From positions 293-64,292 of the forward strand of contig JAZQGJ010000070.1 in the NCBI GenBank assembly GCA_045539995.1: a stretch of DNA of 64,000 bases. The letters are read 5' to 3'. The notes beneath the pieces are model-generated. The model was given only the letters and a program-made list of their open reading frames with translations. It had not been told where the DNA came from and did no database searches. The first letter of the stretch is position 1; each line of letters begins with the position of its first letter. The stretch is from Eubacteriales bacterium (GTDB taxonomy: Bacteria; Bacillota; Clostridia; Oscillospirales; CAG-272). The position numbers were made by a program, and so were the translations under genes. Shown piece after piece: positions 35,466 to 45,324 of this stretch.

Positions 35466-36893
35466 ATGAAAATTATGTATGTTACGAGCGAGGCAAGTCC
35501 GTTTGTGGCAAGCGGCGGGCTCGGCGACGTTATGGGCGCTTTACCTGCCGCAGTGAAAAAGATAGACAAAGAAAGCGAAATATCGGTAATTCTTCCTCTC
35601 TATAGCTGTATAGAGGAAAAGTACAGAAAAGATATGAAAAAGACGCTTGATTTCAGCTTTTATCTTTCCTGGAGGCGCGTATATTGCGGAATATATGAAT
35701 TGAAATACAATAACGTAAGATATTTTTTCGTTGATAATGAATATTATTTCAAGCGTAAATTTATTTACGGAGACTTTGATGACGGAGAGCGCTTTGCCTA
35801 TTTTTCTTCCGCGGTTGTGGAATTTATGAACCATTACTCTTACGTCCCCGATATATTGCACGCAAACGACTGGCAGAGCGCCTTGACGGTAATCTATTTA
35901 AAAACAAAATACGCGCAAAACGACACTTTTAAAAATATAAAGACGGTATTCACCATTCACAATATTGAATATCAAGGAAAGTATGATATGAATATATTAG
36001 AAGATGTATTTGCTCTTGATACTCAATATAAAAGCACAGTCGAATTTAACGGGGCGATAAATTTACTAAAGGGCGCTCTCGTGTGCGCAGATAAGCTGAC
36101 AACGGTAAGCCCCACCTATGCAAATGAGCTTTCTGACAGCTATTTCGCCTTCGGTCTTGAAAGGATAATAGATATGTGCCGAGATAAGCTTGTCGGAATT
36201 ATTAACGGAATAGATGAAAAGTATTTTTCACCATCCGATTCGGACGCCCTTTCAATGCCGTATAATTCACACACTCATAAAAAAGGCAAGGCGGAGAACA
36301 AGAGAGCGCTACAGGAATATATGGGGTTAGAAATAAACGAAAAAATCCCGCTTATAGCGATGATAACACGCTTGACAGGCGCAAAGGGCATAGAGTTAGT
36401 TATTTCCTCGCTTGACGAGCTTTTAAACGAGGATGTTCAGTTCGTTATTCTGGGGACGGGAGAGAGAAAATACGAGGAGATAATTTCTAATATTTGCGCC
36501 CGATATGAGAAAAAGGCAAGGGCGATAATAAAATTTGACAGAGCGCTTTCAAAGAAGCTATACGCGGCATCAGATATATTTTTAATGCCCTCAAGGAGTG
36601 AGCCCTGCGGACTTGCGCAAATGGTCGCGTGCAGATACGGCGCAGTCCCCATAGTGCGAGGAGTAGGCGGCTTATACGATACCATAATTGCCTACGGAAG
36701 AGAAAATTCAAACGGCTTTGTGTTTGAAAATTTCAACGCGCAGGAAATGCTTATGAAAATAAAGGAAGCAATAGAGGTATATAACGACGAAAAGGAGTGG
36801 AATGACCTGCAAAAAAGAGCGATGAAAAGCGACTTCTCTTGGAAAAGCTCTGCCGAAAAATATGTCGGTATTTACCGTAATGAAATTTATTGA
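35466..36893 (+). CDS. glgA: glycogen synthase
   Basis: 475 aa. KIMYVTSEASPFVASGGLGDV and a GT5 fold. Confidence 0.95.
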   Translation: MKIMYVTSEASPFVASGGLGDVMGALPAAVKKIDKESEISVILPLYSCIEEKYRKDMKKTLDFSFYLSWRRVYCGIYELKYNNVRYFFVDNEYYFKRKFIYGDFDDGERFAYFSSAVVEFMNHYSYVPDILHANDWQSALTVIYLKTKYAQNDTFKNIKTVFTIHNIEYQGKYDMNILEDVFALDTQYKSTVEFNGAINLLKGALVCADKLTTVSPTYANELSDSYFAFGLERIIDMCRDKLVGIINGIDEKYFSPSDSDALSMPYNSHTHKKGKAENKRALQEYMGLEINEKIPLIAMITRLTGAKGIELVISSLDELLNEDVQFVILGTGERKYEEIISNICARYEKKARAIIKFDRALSKKLYAASDIFLMPSRSEPCGLAQMVACRYGAVPIVRGVGGLYDTIIAYGRENSNGFVFENFNAQEMLMKIKEAIEVYNDEKEWNDLQKRAMKSDFSWKSSAEKYVGIYRNEIY

Positions 36894-36910
36894 TAGGAAA
36901 AAAGGAAGCT

Positions 36911-39385
36911 ATGAGTAATAAAGTAAATAAAAGCGATATGCAGAAAAAAACAAAGAAAGCAGCGCCCGGCGCTGCGGAATTACGCAAAAAAATTGAGAGT
37001 AAGCTCTTTTCGAGAGGCGCTACCACTCCCGAAAAAGCCACCCCCGAGCAATTGTATCACGCCATAGTTTACGCGATGAAGGATATAATAAGCAAGAACA
37101 GAACGGCATTTAAAAAAAGGATAGCCGCTTCCGAAGGGAAAAAGGTATGCTATCTTTGTATGGAATTTTTAATAGGCCGTTCGCTTAAGAATAATGCGAT
37201 AAATCTTGGTATCTATGAAAATCTCTGCGCCATTTTAAAGGAATACGGACATTCCTTTGAGGAGGTTTTTGCCTGCGAGGTTGATCCCGGCTTGGGTAAC
37301 GGCGGGCTCGGACGTCTGGCGGCCTGCTTTATGGACTCACTTTCAAGCCTCGACTATGCGTCAGACGGATATTCTCTCTGCTATGAAAACGGTCTTTTTC
37401 GTCAGCGGCTTGTTGACGGAGAGCAGGTGGAAATTCCCGATACCTGGCAAAAGGACGGAGGCGCGTGGCTCTATCCTCGCCCAGAAAAGAGCGTGAGCGT
37501 GCGCTTTGGCGGCAGAATAGAGGAGGTTTGGGAAAACGGCTCGATGAAGATAATACACACCGAGTATGACGAGGTAAGAGCCGTGCCCTGTGATTATATG
37601 GTCGTCGGCGCGAATACCGATGCGACGAATATAATACGCCTATGGCGCGCGAAGGAGAGCAATAGTGGCGCAATGGGGTATTCTTCACAGTCGAACTATA
37701 TAAAAGCAATGCAAAAAAAAATGAGCGCGGAGGAGATTACAAGACAGCTCTATCCACCCGACAACTATGATGAGGGAAAGCTTTTGCGCCTGACGCAGCA
37801 GTATTTTTTGGTTTCCGCGTCGTTGCAAAGCATAATAAAAGACTATTTTAACGCAAATGGCTCGCTTTCAAATTTCGAGAACAAAATAGCTATTCATATA
37901 AACGATACTCATCCCGCGCTTTGCATTCCCGAGCTTATGAGAATTCTTATGGATATATATTCATATAGCTGGGAGGATGCGTGGAGTGTTGTTACAAGGA
38001 CGGTATCATATACAAATCATACAGTTATGCCCGAAGCCCTTGAGTGCTGGAGAATGGACCTGTTCAAAATGAAGCTGCCGAGAATTTTCTCGATAGTTTC
38101 GGAAATAAACGAAAGATTTTGCGCTGATTTGTGGAAGCTGTATCCTGGCGATTGGGACAGAATTTCAAGAATGGCTATTGTCGCGGGCGGTCAGATAAGA
38201 ATGGCTAACTTAAGCATAGTGGGCTCGCACACCGTAAACGGAGTTTCCAAATTGCATAGCGAAATTCTTAAGAAGAACGTGTTCCACGATTTTTATAAGA
38301 ACAGTCCTTGGAAGTTTACCAACGTAACCAACGGCGTTTTTCACAGACGGTGGCTTCAGTCGGCAAATCCTCTGCTGTGCGAATTTTTGAATGAATATAT
38401 AGGTGACGGATATATAAATAATCCCACCGAGCTTGGAAGACTTGAAGCGTTTGTTAACGATACGGGCGTTTTAGACGCTCTTTCGGTAGTAAAGCATAAA
38501 AATAAGGAAATTTTTGCGAAATATGCCGAGAAAAAGACAGGCAGAATTATAAACCCCGATTCCCTTTATGACGTGCAGATAAAAAGAATGCACGAATACA
38601 AGCGACAGCTTTTAAATGCTTTAAAGATTATTTCCTTGTATAATGACATTTGCGAAAATCCCAATTTGGAAATCACGCCCCAGACGTTTATTTTCGGCGC
38701 TAAGGCGGCGGCGGGATATTATATGGCGAAGCAGCTTATAAAGCTTCTGTATTTTATAGGAAAAGAGCTTGACAGCAATCCCGTATCAAAGGATAAAATA
38801 CAGCTTATCTTTATGGAGGATTATAACGTAAGTATGGCTGAGGTCTTGATTCCCGCCGCCGATATAAGCGAGCAGATCTCACTTGCGGGAAAAGAGGCAA
38901 GCGGAACGGGAAATATGAAGCTGATGATGAACGGCGCGCTCACCATAGGTACGTTAGACGGCGCAAACGTGGAAATTCTTGACGCGGTATCAGAGGAAAA
39001 CATTTATATTTTCGGCTTGAATACTATGGAGGTCGATGAGCTTTGGAGAAACGGCTACGACGCGCGCGAGTATTACAGGGCGTCGGAAAAGCTTCGCTTG
39101 GCAGTTGACCGACTCTATTATAATATAGGTGGAGAGAGCTTCTCGCACATAGCCGATTATCTGATAAACAGCTCGAATAACGTGTCGGACCCCTATATGT
39201 GTCTGGCTGATTTCGACTCGTATAGGTATAAATACAGAGAAGCCCTGTCGGATTATTCGGATAAAACAGTCTGGCAAAAAAAATCGCTTATAAATATAGC
39301 GCGTTCGGGAATTTTCGCGTCTGATATGAGTATAAAAGCCTATGCAGACAGAATCTGGCATATAAAGCCTATAGGAAAAGAGTAA
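36911..39385 (+). CDS. glgP: glycogen/maltodextrin phosphorylase
   Basis: EASGTGNMKLMMNG PLP site. ATG 36911 follows AAAAGGAAG. The track start at 36890 is a TTG overlapping the glgA stop. Confidence 0.94.
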   Translation: MSNKVNKSDMQKKTKKAAPGAAELRKKIESKLFSRGATTPEKATPEQLYHAIVYAMKDIISKNRTAFKKRIAASEGKKVCYLCMEFLIGRSLKNNAINLGIYENLCAILKEYGHSFEEVFACEVDPGLGNGGLGRLAACFMDSLSSLDYASDGYSLCYENGLFRQRLVDGEQVEIPDTWQKDGGAWLYPRPEKSVSVRFGGRIEEVWENGSMKIIHTEYDEVRAVPCDYMVVGANTDATNIIRLWRAKESNSGAMGYSSQSNYIKAMQKKMSAEEITRQLYPPDNYDEGKLLRLTQQYFLVSASLQSIIKDYFNANGSLSNFENKIAIHINDTHPALCIPELMRILMDIYSYSWEDAWSVVTRTVSYTNHTVMPEALECWRMDLFKMKLPRIFSIVSEINERFCADLWKLYPGDWDRISRMAIVAGGQIRMANLSIVGSHTVNGVSKLHSEILKKNVFHDFYKNSPWKFTNVTNGVFHRRWLQSANPLLCEFLNEYIGDGYINNPTELGRLEAFVNDTGVLDALSVVKHKNKEIFAKYAEKKTGRIINPDSLYDVQIKRMHEYKRQLLNALKIISLYNDICENPNLEITPQTFIFGAKAAAGYYMAKQLIKLLYFIGKELDSNPVSKDKIQLIFMEDYNVSMAEVLIPAADISEQISLAGKEASGTGNMKLMMNGALTIGTLDGANVEILDAVSEENIYIFGLNTMEVDELWRNGYDAREYYRASEKLRLAVDRLYYNIGGESFSHIADYLINSSNNVSDPYMCLADFDSYRYKYREALSDYSDKTVWQKKSLINIARSGIFASDMSIKAYADRIWHIKPIGKE

Positions 39386-39390
39386 AAGAA

Positions 39391-41313
39391 ATGGATTTCA
39401 GAATAAAAAAAGAAGCTTGTCTTTCTTGCGTTGGCAGGTGCTCATTTTCTCTCTACGGAAAAAAGAGAGCGTTTACTACTGCTTTTGAGGTGGGAGATAG
39501 GCTGATATTCAAGGCTTATATACCGAGACAGCTTGGGGCTATCTCGGTTAAGCTATCGCTTATAAATGATGAAAGCAAGTCGAAAAGGGAAATCCCTCTT
39601 GAGTGGGACGGATTAGATTCTGTTTACGACGTTTATGAGTCCGAGCTTTCGCTAAAGGAGAAAGGTCTCTTTTTTTACCGAGTCGAGCTTCGCTCTGCTT
39701 TAGGTGATATTTGCGCCCGAAAAAAAGGCTATTACGGGGAAATGTATTTTGAAGTCTTGAATGAAAATTCACCCTTCGATTTTCAGTTGACGGTTTCGGA
39801 CTTTAAATATCCCGCGCCCTCTTGGCTGAACGGTGGAATAATATACCACGTTTTCGTTGACAGATTTTGCCGTAAAGGGGAGTTGCCTGTAAAGAAAAAC
39901 GCCGTTTTGAATGAAAACTGGGATGAAGGAACACCCGAATATCCCGAATATTTCGGCGCTCATCTTGAAAACAATACCTTTTTTGGAGGAAATCTGTACG
40001 GGGTAACCGAGAAGCTCGATTATATCGCCTCATTAGGCGTAAATTGCATATATTTGAGCCCCGTCTTTGAAGCGTATTCAAACCATAAATACGATACGGG
40101 CGATTATATGAAAATAGACGAAATGTTTGGCGGAGAAGAAGCCTTTTCCGAGCTTCTTACAAAAGCGAGAGAAAAAAATATAGGCATTATCCTTGACGGC
40201 GTTTTTAACCACACGGGAGATGATAGCCTGTATTTCAATAAGTATGGAAATTATAATTCCGTCGGCGCGTATCAATCAAAAAAATCCCCCTATTATTCGT
40301 GGTACACGTTTGAGAGCTTTCCCGACGAATATAAATCGTGGTGGGGAATAAAGGTGCTACCGAAGCTGAATCTTGAAAACGAGAAATGCCGTGATTATTT
40401 CCTTGCAGAAAACGGAGTCATAGACCGTTATTCAAAAATGGGGATTTCGGGAATGAGACTCGACGTCGCAGACGAATTAGAGGACGATTTTATAAAAGGA
40501 ATCAAAGAAGCCTTTGAAAAAAACAAAAAAGACGCAGTCCTTTACGGAGAGGTCTGGGAGGACGCGTCTAATAAGATAGCGTACGGGAAAAGAAAAAAGT
40601 ACTTTCTCGGAGACGAGCTTGACGGTGTTATGAACTATCCTGTAAGACGGGGAATAATAGAGTATATAAGATACGGAAGCACAGAGCCATTGCGATACGC
40701 TCTATGTGAGGTTATACCGAATTGCCCGAAAAGAGTTCTCGACGTACAAATGAATCTGTTAGGCACGCACGATACGGAAAGGATTCTTACCGCGCTTGCA
40801 TCGCCTTCATCTGACGGAAAAACACCCAAAGAGCTATCGAGCTACAGATTGCCGAGAGAGGAATACGAAAGGGCAGTAAGGCTTCTTAAAAGCGCCTATA
40901 TGATACTCGCCACCCTGCCGGGAATCCCCGTTATATTTTACGGCGACGAGGCAGGAATGGAGGGCTATGGCGATCCTTTTAACAGAATGCCCTTTCCTTG
41001 GAAGAATATAAACGAGGATTTACTTTCCTTTTACAGAAAGGTCGGAAAAATAAGAAGAAACGAAGCTCTCTATAAAAGCTCGGATTTCGAATTGCTTTGC
41101 CTTGATGAAAACCGTCTGATTTTCAGAAGAATAGGCAGAAAATATTCGGCAGTAACAATAATAAACCGTGCGCAGAGTGAGCTTAAAATCGACTTTGACT
41201 GTGAAGTGAAATTACTATTAGGCGGCGCTTTCAATAATAATACGGTAGAGCTTGCAAGCGAAAGCTGCTGTATAGTAAAGATGCCTAATACGGCAAAATT
41301 GAAGATCAGATAA
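39391..41313 (+). CDS. GH13 alpha-glucosidase/neopullulanase-like glycoside hydrolase
   Basis: 640 aa. GH13 regions DGVFNHTG, GMRLDVADEL, YGEVWED, LLGTHDTER. N-terminal beta-domain. Confidence 0.85.
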   Translation: MDFRIKKEACLSCVGRCSFSLYGKKRAFTTAFEVGDRLIFKAYIPRQLGAISVKLSLINDESKSKREIPLEWDGLDSVYDVYESELSLKEKGLFFYRVELRSALGDICARKKGYYGEMYFEVLNENSPFDFQLTVSDFKYPAPSWLNGGIIYHVFVDRFCRKGELPVKKNAVLNENWDEGTPEYPEYFGAHLENNTFFGGNLYGVTEKLDYIASLGVNCIYLSPVFEAYSNHKYDTGDYMKIDEMFGGEEAFSELLTKAREKNIGIILDGVFNHTGDDSLYFNKYGNYNSVGAYQSKKSPYYSWYTFESFPDEYKSWWGIKVLPKLNLENEKCRDYFLAENGVIDRYSKMGISGMRLDVADELEDDFIKGIKEAFEKNKKDAVLYGEVWEDASNKIAYGKRKKYFLGDELDGVMNYPVRRGIIEYIRYGSTEPLRYALCEVIPNCPKRVLDVQMNLLGTHDTERILTALASPSSDGKTPKELSSYRLPREEYERAVRLLKSAYMILATLPGIPVIFYGDEAGMEGYGDPFNRMPFPWKNINEDLLSFYRKVGKIRRNEALYKSSDFELLCLDENRLIFRRIGRKYSAVTIINRAQSELKIDFDCEVKLLLGGAFNNNTVELASESCCIVKMPNTAKLKIR

Positions 41314-41319
41314 AAAAAT

Positions 41320-41366
41320 GCTTCACACGGAAATAAATTTTATGTTCCGTTAGTGAAGCTTTTTTT
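41320..41366. terminator. bidirectional intrinsic terminator (GH13 / pflA)
   Basis: aaaaaaatGCTTCACACGGAA..TTCCGTtaGTGAAGCttttttt is a long stem flanked by A7 and T7. Confidence 0.8.
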
Positions 41367-42066
41367 ATATAAGAAGTGAGTTGAGCTGTTCCATTTTTGT
41401 TCGTGAAGGCTCGTCTATATCGGCAAAGGGAAAGACGATGCCCATATTGTCATACTTGCTTTGACAGATTTTCTTAAAGGGCAAAAGCTCGGCTTTTACA
41501 ACGCATTTGTGAGAAGCGGCTATTTCCTTTAGCTTCAAGACGTTTTCTTCCGTGTCGTTGACTGTAGGAATTATCACCTGCCGTATAGTTGTTTTAATCC
41601 CGTTTTCGTCAAGAAGCGCAAGAAATTTCAAGGCAGAAGAAAGAGAACAGCCTGCGTTTTCCTTATACAGAGCGTCGCTCGTATATTTTATATCGAGTAG
41701 GGCGTAGTCAAGGACTGACGTAAGCCTTTTAACAGAAGCGTTGATTATAGAGCCTGAGGTGTCTATGCAGGTATTTATATTTTCTTTTTTGCAAAGAGAG
41801 AATAGCTCATACGCAAACTCACTCTGTAAAAGCGGCTCGCCTCCCGAAAGCGTAATGCCTCCGTTTTTCCCGAAATACTCGCGAAAGCGCAAAGCCTTTT
41901 CGAGAACCTGATCGGGCGTATATTCCTTCCCGCCCTTCATTTCCCAGGTGTCAGGGTTATGGCAGCATTTACAGCGCAGATTACAGCCCTGTAAAAATAC
42001 AACGAAGCGAACTCCTGGCCCGTCTACAGTTCCCAGACTTTGAAAAGAATGAATACGCCCTATCAT
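41365..42066 (-). CDS. pflA: pyruvate formate-lyase activating enzyme (radical SAM)
   Basis: 233 aa. [15 protein letters not shown] cluster motif. Overlaps the pflB stop. Confidence 0.94.
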   Translation of the reverse strand: MIGRIHSFQSLGTVDGPGVRFVVFLQGCNLRCKCCHNPDTWEMKGGKEYTPDQVLEKALRFREYFGKNGGITLSGGEPLLQSEFAYELFSLCKKENINTCIDTSGSIINASVKRLTSVLDYALLDIKYTSDALYKENAGCSLSSALKFLALLDENGIKTTIRQVIIPTVNDTEENVLKLKEIAASHKCVVKAELLPFKKICQSKYDNMGIVFPFADIDEPSRTKMEQLNSLLI

Positions 42067-44294
42067 AGCGATTCGTGGAAGGTACGGCTTATAACCTCTC
42101 TTTGCTGCTCGCGCGAAAGCTTGTTGAAGTTAACGGCGTAGCCTGAAACTCGGATAGTAAGATTGGGATATTCTTCGGGATTTTCATAAGCCTTCATAAG
42201 AGTTTCTCTGTTTAGTACGTTTACGTTTATATGGTGCGCCTTTTTAGCAAAATATCCGTCGAGAATGCTCACAAGATTGTCAACTTGCTCTTCGTCGCTC
42301 TTACCGAGCGCGTCGGGAGTTATCGAGAAGGTGTTGGAAATTCCGTCTCGGCAGTCCTCATAGCTGAGCTTGGCTACCGAGTTAAGAGACGCGAGCGCCC
42401 CGTTTTCCTCACGGTTGTGCATCGGGTTCGCACCGGGGGCGAACGGCTCGGACGCCTTTCTTCCGTCGGGAGTAGAGCCCGTATTCTTTCCATACATAAC
42501 GTTAGAAGTAATCGTTAAAACGGAAAGCGTATGCCTTGCGTTACGGTATGTAGGAGTTTTGCGAAGCTCGGTTATAAAGAGATGTGTCAATTCTTTTGCC
42601 ATAAGATCAACTCTGTCGTCGTCATTTCCGAATTTAGGGAAGTCACCCACAGTATCGAAGTCTGTAATAAATCCGTTATCGTCCTTTATAGGAGATACAC
42701 TTGCGTATTTTATCGCGCTGAGCGAGTCGGCGGCGACGGAAAGTCCCGCGATTCCAAACGCCATAAGACGCTCGAGTTCGCTGTCGTGAAGAGCCATCTG
42801 TATTTTTTCATACGCGTATTTATCGTGCATGTAGTGAATTACGTTCATCGTGTTTACGTACAGATGACAGAGCCAGGAAATATATATTTTATATCTTTCC
42901 ATTACGGTATCGAAGTCTAATTTCTTCGCGTCAAGGACGGGAAGCTGCGGCCCGATGTGTATATCCGTCGTAGAGTCATATCCTCCGTTTATCGCTATAA
43001 GCAAGAGCTTCGCTAAATTACAGCGCGCGCCGAAGAATTGCATCTGCTTGCCTATAGTCATAGCAGAAACGCAGCAGGCTATAGCGTAGTCATCGCCGTG
43101 ATGAGGACGCATAATATCGTCGTTTTCATATTGGATAGAGTCTGTATCCTTAGAAACCCTCGCGCAGAATCTCTTGAAGCCCTCGGGAAGCGCCGACGAC
43201 CAGAGAATCGTAAGATTCGGCTCGGGAGATGAACCTAACGTATAGAGCGTGTTAAGAATTCGGAAGCTGCTCTTTGTTACGAGAGTTCTTCCGTCATTTC
43301 CCATTCCGCCTACGGCTTCGGTTATCCACATAGGATCTCCGCCGAACAGCTCGTTGTATTCGGGAGTACGAAGATGACGGGCGAGGCGAAGCTTGATAAC
43401 AAAATCGTCGAGAATTTCCTGTGCCGTCTCTTCTGTAAGTATTCCTTTCTCGAGGTCGCGCTCTATGTAAATATCGAAGAATGTAGCGACACGTCCGAGA
43501 GACATTGCCGCGCCGTTTTGCTCCTTTATAGCGGCGAGGTAGGCGAAATAGGTCCATTGAATAGCCTCGCGCGCGTTTTTAGCAGGCTCGCTTATGTCAA
43601 AGCCGTACATAGAAGCCATATCCTTTAAATATCCGAGGAATAAAATCTGTCGGAAGATTTCTTCGCTCAATTTTATATTATCGGCTGTGAAATCCCCATT
43701 TTGGAGCGACTCCTTGTCCTTCTTTTTTTCCTCTATGAGCCTGTCCACGCCGTAAAGCGCAACCCTTCGGTAGTCGCCTATAATTCTTCCGCGTCCGTAT
43801 GCGTCGGGCAGACCTGTAATTACGTGGCATCTGCGTGCAAGACGCATTTCCTCGCTGTAGGTACGGAAAACACCGTCGTTGTGCGTGGTGCGATAACGGA
43901 ATTCTTCCTCTATCTTGTCGCCGAGCTTATATCCGTACGCGGCGCACGCCTGACGCGCCATTCTTATTCCGCCAAAGGGATTGACGCCTCTTTTTAAGGG
44001 ACTGTCTGTCTGTAATCCGACAATTATTTCATTTTCCTTATCTACGTAACCGGGAGCATAACTCGTGAGGGAAGTAACGGTATCCGTGTCAATGTCAAGA
44101 ACACCGCCGTTTTTGCGTTCCGCTTTAAAAAGCGCGTTTACCTTTTCCATCATATCTTCGGTACGCTTTGTAGCGGAGGCGAGAAAAGAGCTGTCGCCCT
44201 TGTATTCCTTGTAGTTTGTCTGAATAAAATCTCTTACGTTGATTTCATTCTGCCAAACTCCTGCTTTAAAACCATTCCAGCCTTCGTATATCAT
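42063..44294 (-). CDS. pflB: formate C-acetyltransferase (pyruvate formate-lyase)
   Basis: Glycyl-radical motif RVSGYAVNF and active-site CCVS. ATG 44294 (MIYEGWNGF..) lies 6 nt after AGGAGG. The track start at 44324 is a GTG upstream of that RBS. Confidence 0.95.
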   Translation of the reverse strand: MIYEGWNGFKAGVWQNEINVRDFIQTNYKEYKGDSSFLASATKRTEDMMEKVNALFKAERKNGGVLDIDTDTVTSLTSYAPGYVDKENEIIVGLQTDSPLKRGVNPFGGIRMARQACAAYGYKLGDKIEEEFRYRTTHNDGVFRTYSEEMRLARRCHVITGLPDAYGRGRIIGDYRRVALYGVDRLIEEKKKDKESLQNGDFTADNIKLSEEIFRQILFLGYLKDMASMYGFDISEPAKNAREAIQWTYFAYLAAIKEQNGAAMSLGRVATFFDIYIERDLEKGILTEETAQEILDDFVIKLRLARHLRTPEYNELFGGDPMWITEAVGGMGNDGRTLVTKSSFRILNTLYTLGSSPEPNLTILWSSALPEGFKRFCARVSKDTDSIQYENDDIMRPHHGDDYAIACCVSAMTIGKQMQFFGARCNLAKLLLIAINGGYDSTTDIHIGPQLPVLDAKKLDFDTVMERYKIYISWLCHLYVNTMNVIHYMHDKYAYEKIQMALHDSELERLMAFGIAGLSVAADSLSAIKYASVSPIKDDNGFITDFDTVGDFPKFGNDDDRVDLMAKELTHLFITELRKTPTYRNARHTLSVLTITSNVMYGKNTGSTPDGRKASEPFAPGANPMHNREENGALASLNSVAKLSYEDCRDGISNTFSITPDALGKSDEEQVDNLVSILDGYFAKKAHHINVNVLNRETLMKAYENPEEYPNLTIRVSGYAVNFNKLSREQQREVISRTFHESL

Positions 44295-44331
44295 AGTATT
44301 CCTCCTGAATTTACGTTTTGCCACTTATAAT

Positions 44332-44372
44332 CAAAAAGGGCAAAACAGATTCTTTACAAAACTGTTTTGCCC
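44332..44372 (-). terminator. intrinsic terminator inside the pflB leader (expression platform of the ZTP riboswitch)
   Basis: Minus strand: GGGCAAAACAG-uuuuguaaagaau-CUGUUUUGCCC-UUUUU is an 11-bp stem. Its 5' arm overlaps the conserved CUGGGCA of the aptamer. Confidence 0.8.
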
Positions 44373-44436
44373 AGACGGTCGGCATATAACTTTGCATTCC
44401 CTCGCGGTTACCCGCATATCCGTCAGTTATGCAAAG
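44368..44436 (-). promoter_or_regulatory. ZTP riboswitch (pfl motif) aptamer
   Basis: Minus strand: CUUUGCAU-AACUGACGG-AUAUGCGGGUAACCGCG-AGGGA-AUGCAAAG-uuauau-GCCGACCGUCUGGGCA. This matches the pfl-motif layout: P1, a J1/2 resembling UGACUGGCG, a P2 hairpin, GGGA, the P1 3' strand, a linker, then CCG-NCC-GNCUGGGC. The pseudoknot covaries (GACGG/CCGUC). Confidence 0.85.
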
Positions 44437-44458
44437 ACAAATAACTTATTACACCTAT

Positions 44459-44487
44459 ATTATATAAAATCTTTTTTAATTTGTCAA
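44459..44487 (-). promoter_or_regulatory. sigma-A promoter of pflBA (TTGACA-17-TATAAT)
   Basis: Minus strand: ctaTTGACAaattaaaaaagattttaTATAATata has perfect hexamers and spacing. Confidence 0.65.
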
Positions 44488-44514
44488 TAGCGAAATCGTC
44501 GTTTTAAAATTTTT

Positions 44515-45297
44515 TTAATCTTCCGAGACGTCCTGTACCTTATTTATAACCTTTGCTTTCAAGCGCTTCAGTCTTTCGCGCTCTCTTTTCCACAGGTGCT
44601 TTAGCTGGCTTTTGTGGCTGCATAGCTTTTCGGGGCAGTTTTTACAGGAAAGACGCTCGTTCGTAGATGCGAAAAATCGCTCCGGATAAAGCCTGTAGGT
44701 AATTTCCCAGCGCACGAGCAGAATAATTGACATAAGAAGAAGCGAGTACGTGAAAAATGACCTTATAAACAGAAACGGCGTAAACATCATAGCGTAATCC
44801 CAATTGTATATTCTGCATGCGGCGCAGCATTTGTTTTTAAGCATCCAGCTTTGGAATGGGCAGAAAAACAAAATACATATCATATCGCAGACCGAATAGA
44901 AAAGAGCTACAAGTATTAAAATTTCCTTTTCAATTATGCCCGTATAATATAAAACAGCTATAATTCCGTTAAGGATAACCCAAAAAGCGATAACGGCTAA
45001 CGTGCGCCACCATTGATGCTCTTCAGAGACGCTATAACAGCCTGTGCTTTCATAGTTTCTCTTAAACTGCTTTTGACATCCCATGCTTTCAAATTTAGAA
45101 GGAAAAAAGCGGAGAATCATTTCGAGAGTGAAATCTATCCAGATTATTCCCATAATAAGGGGCGCCCATTTTTCCAAATGATGAAGCTTGATGAATATAA
45201 AATTTATAATAGCCGTAATAAACAGTATCGAGCGAAATACGAGCTTGAAATAGTGTATGGCGGAAATCCTTGATATACTGATTTTTTTATTGCGCAT
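44515..45297 (-). CDS. hypothetical polytopic membrane protein with Cys-rich segments
   Basis: 260 aa, about 6 TM helices. Cys clusters CDMICILFFCPF, KNKCCAACRIYNWD, CKNCPEKLC and a basic C-terminal tail. It lies 27 nt downstream of htpG on the same strand. Confidence 0.55.
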   Translation of the reverse strand: MRNKKISISRISAIHYFKLVFRSILFITAIINFIFIKLHHLEKWAPLIMGIIWIDFTLEMILRFFPSKFESMGCQKQFKRNYESTGCYSVSEEHQWWRTLAVIAFWVILNGIIAVLYYTGIIEKEILILVALFYSVCDMICILFFCPFQSWMLKNKCCAACRIYNWDYAMMFTPFLFIRSFFTYSLLLMSIILLVRWEITYRLYPERFFASTNERLSCKNCPEKLCSHKSQLKHLWKRERERLKRLKAKVINKVQDVSED

Positions 45298-45324
45298 AAT
45301 GAGCCTTTACATAATTTATTTTGA

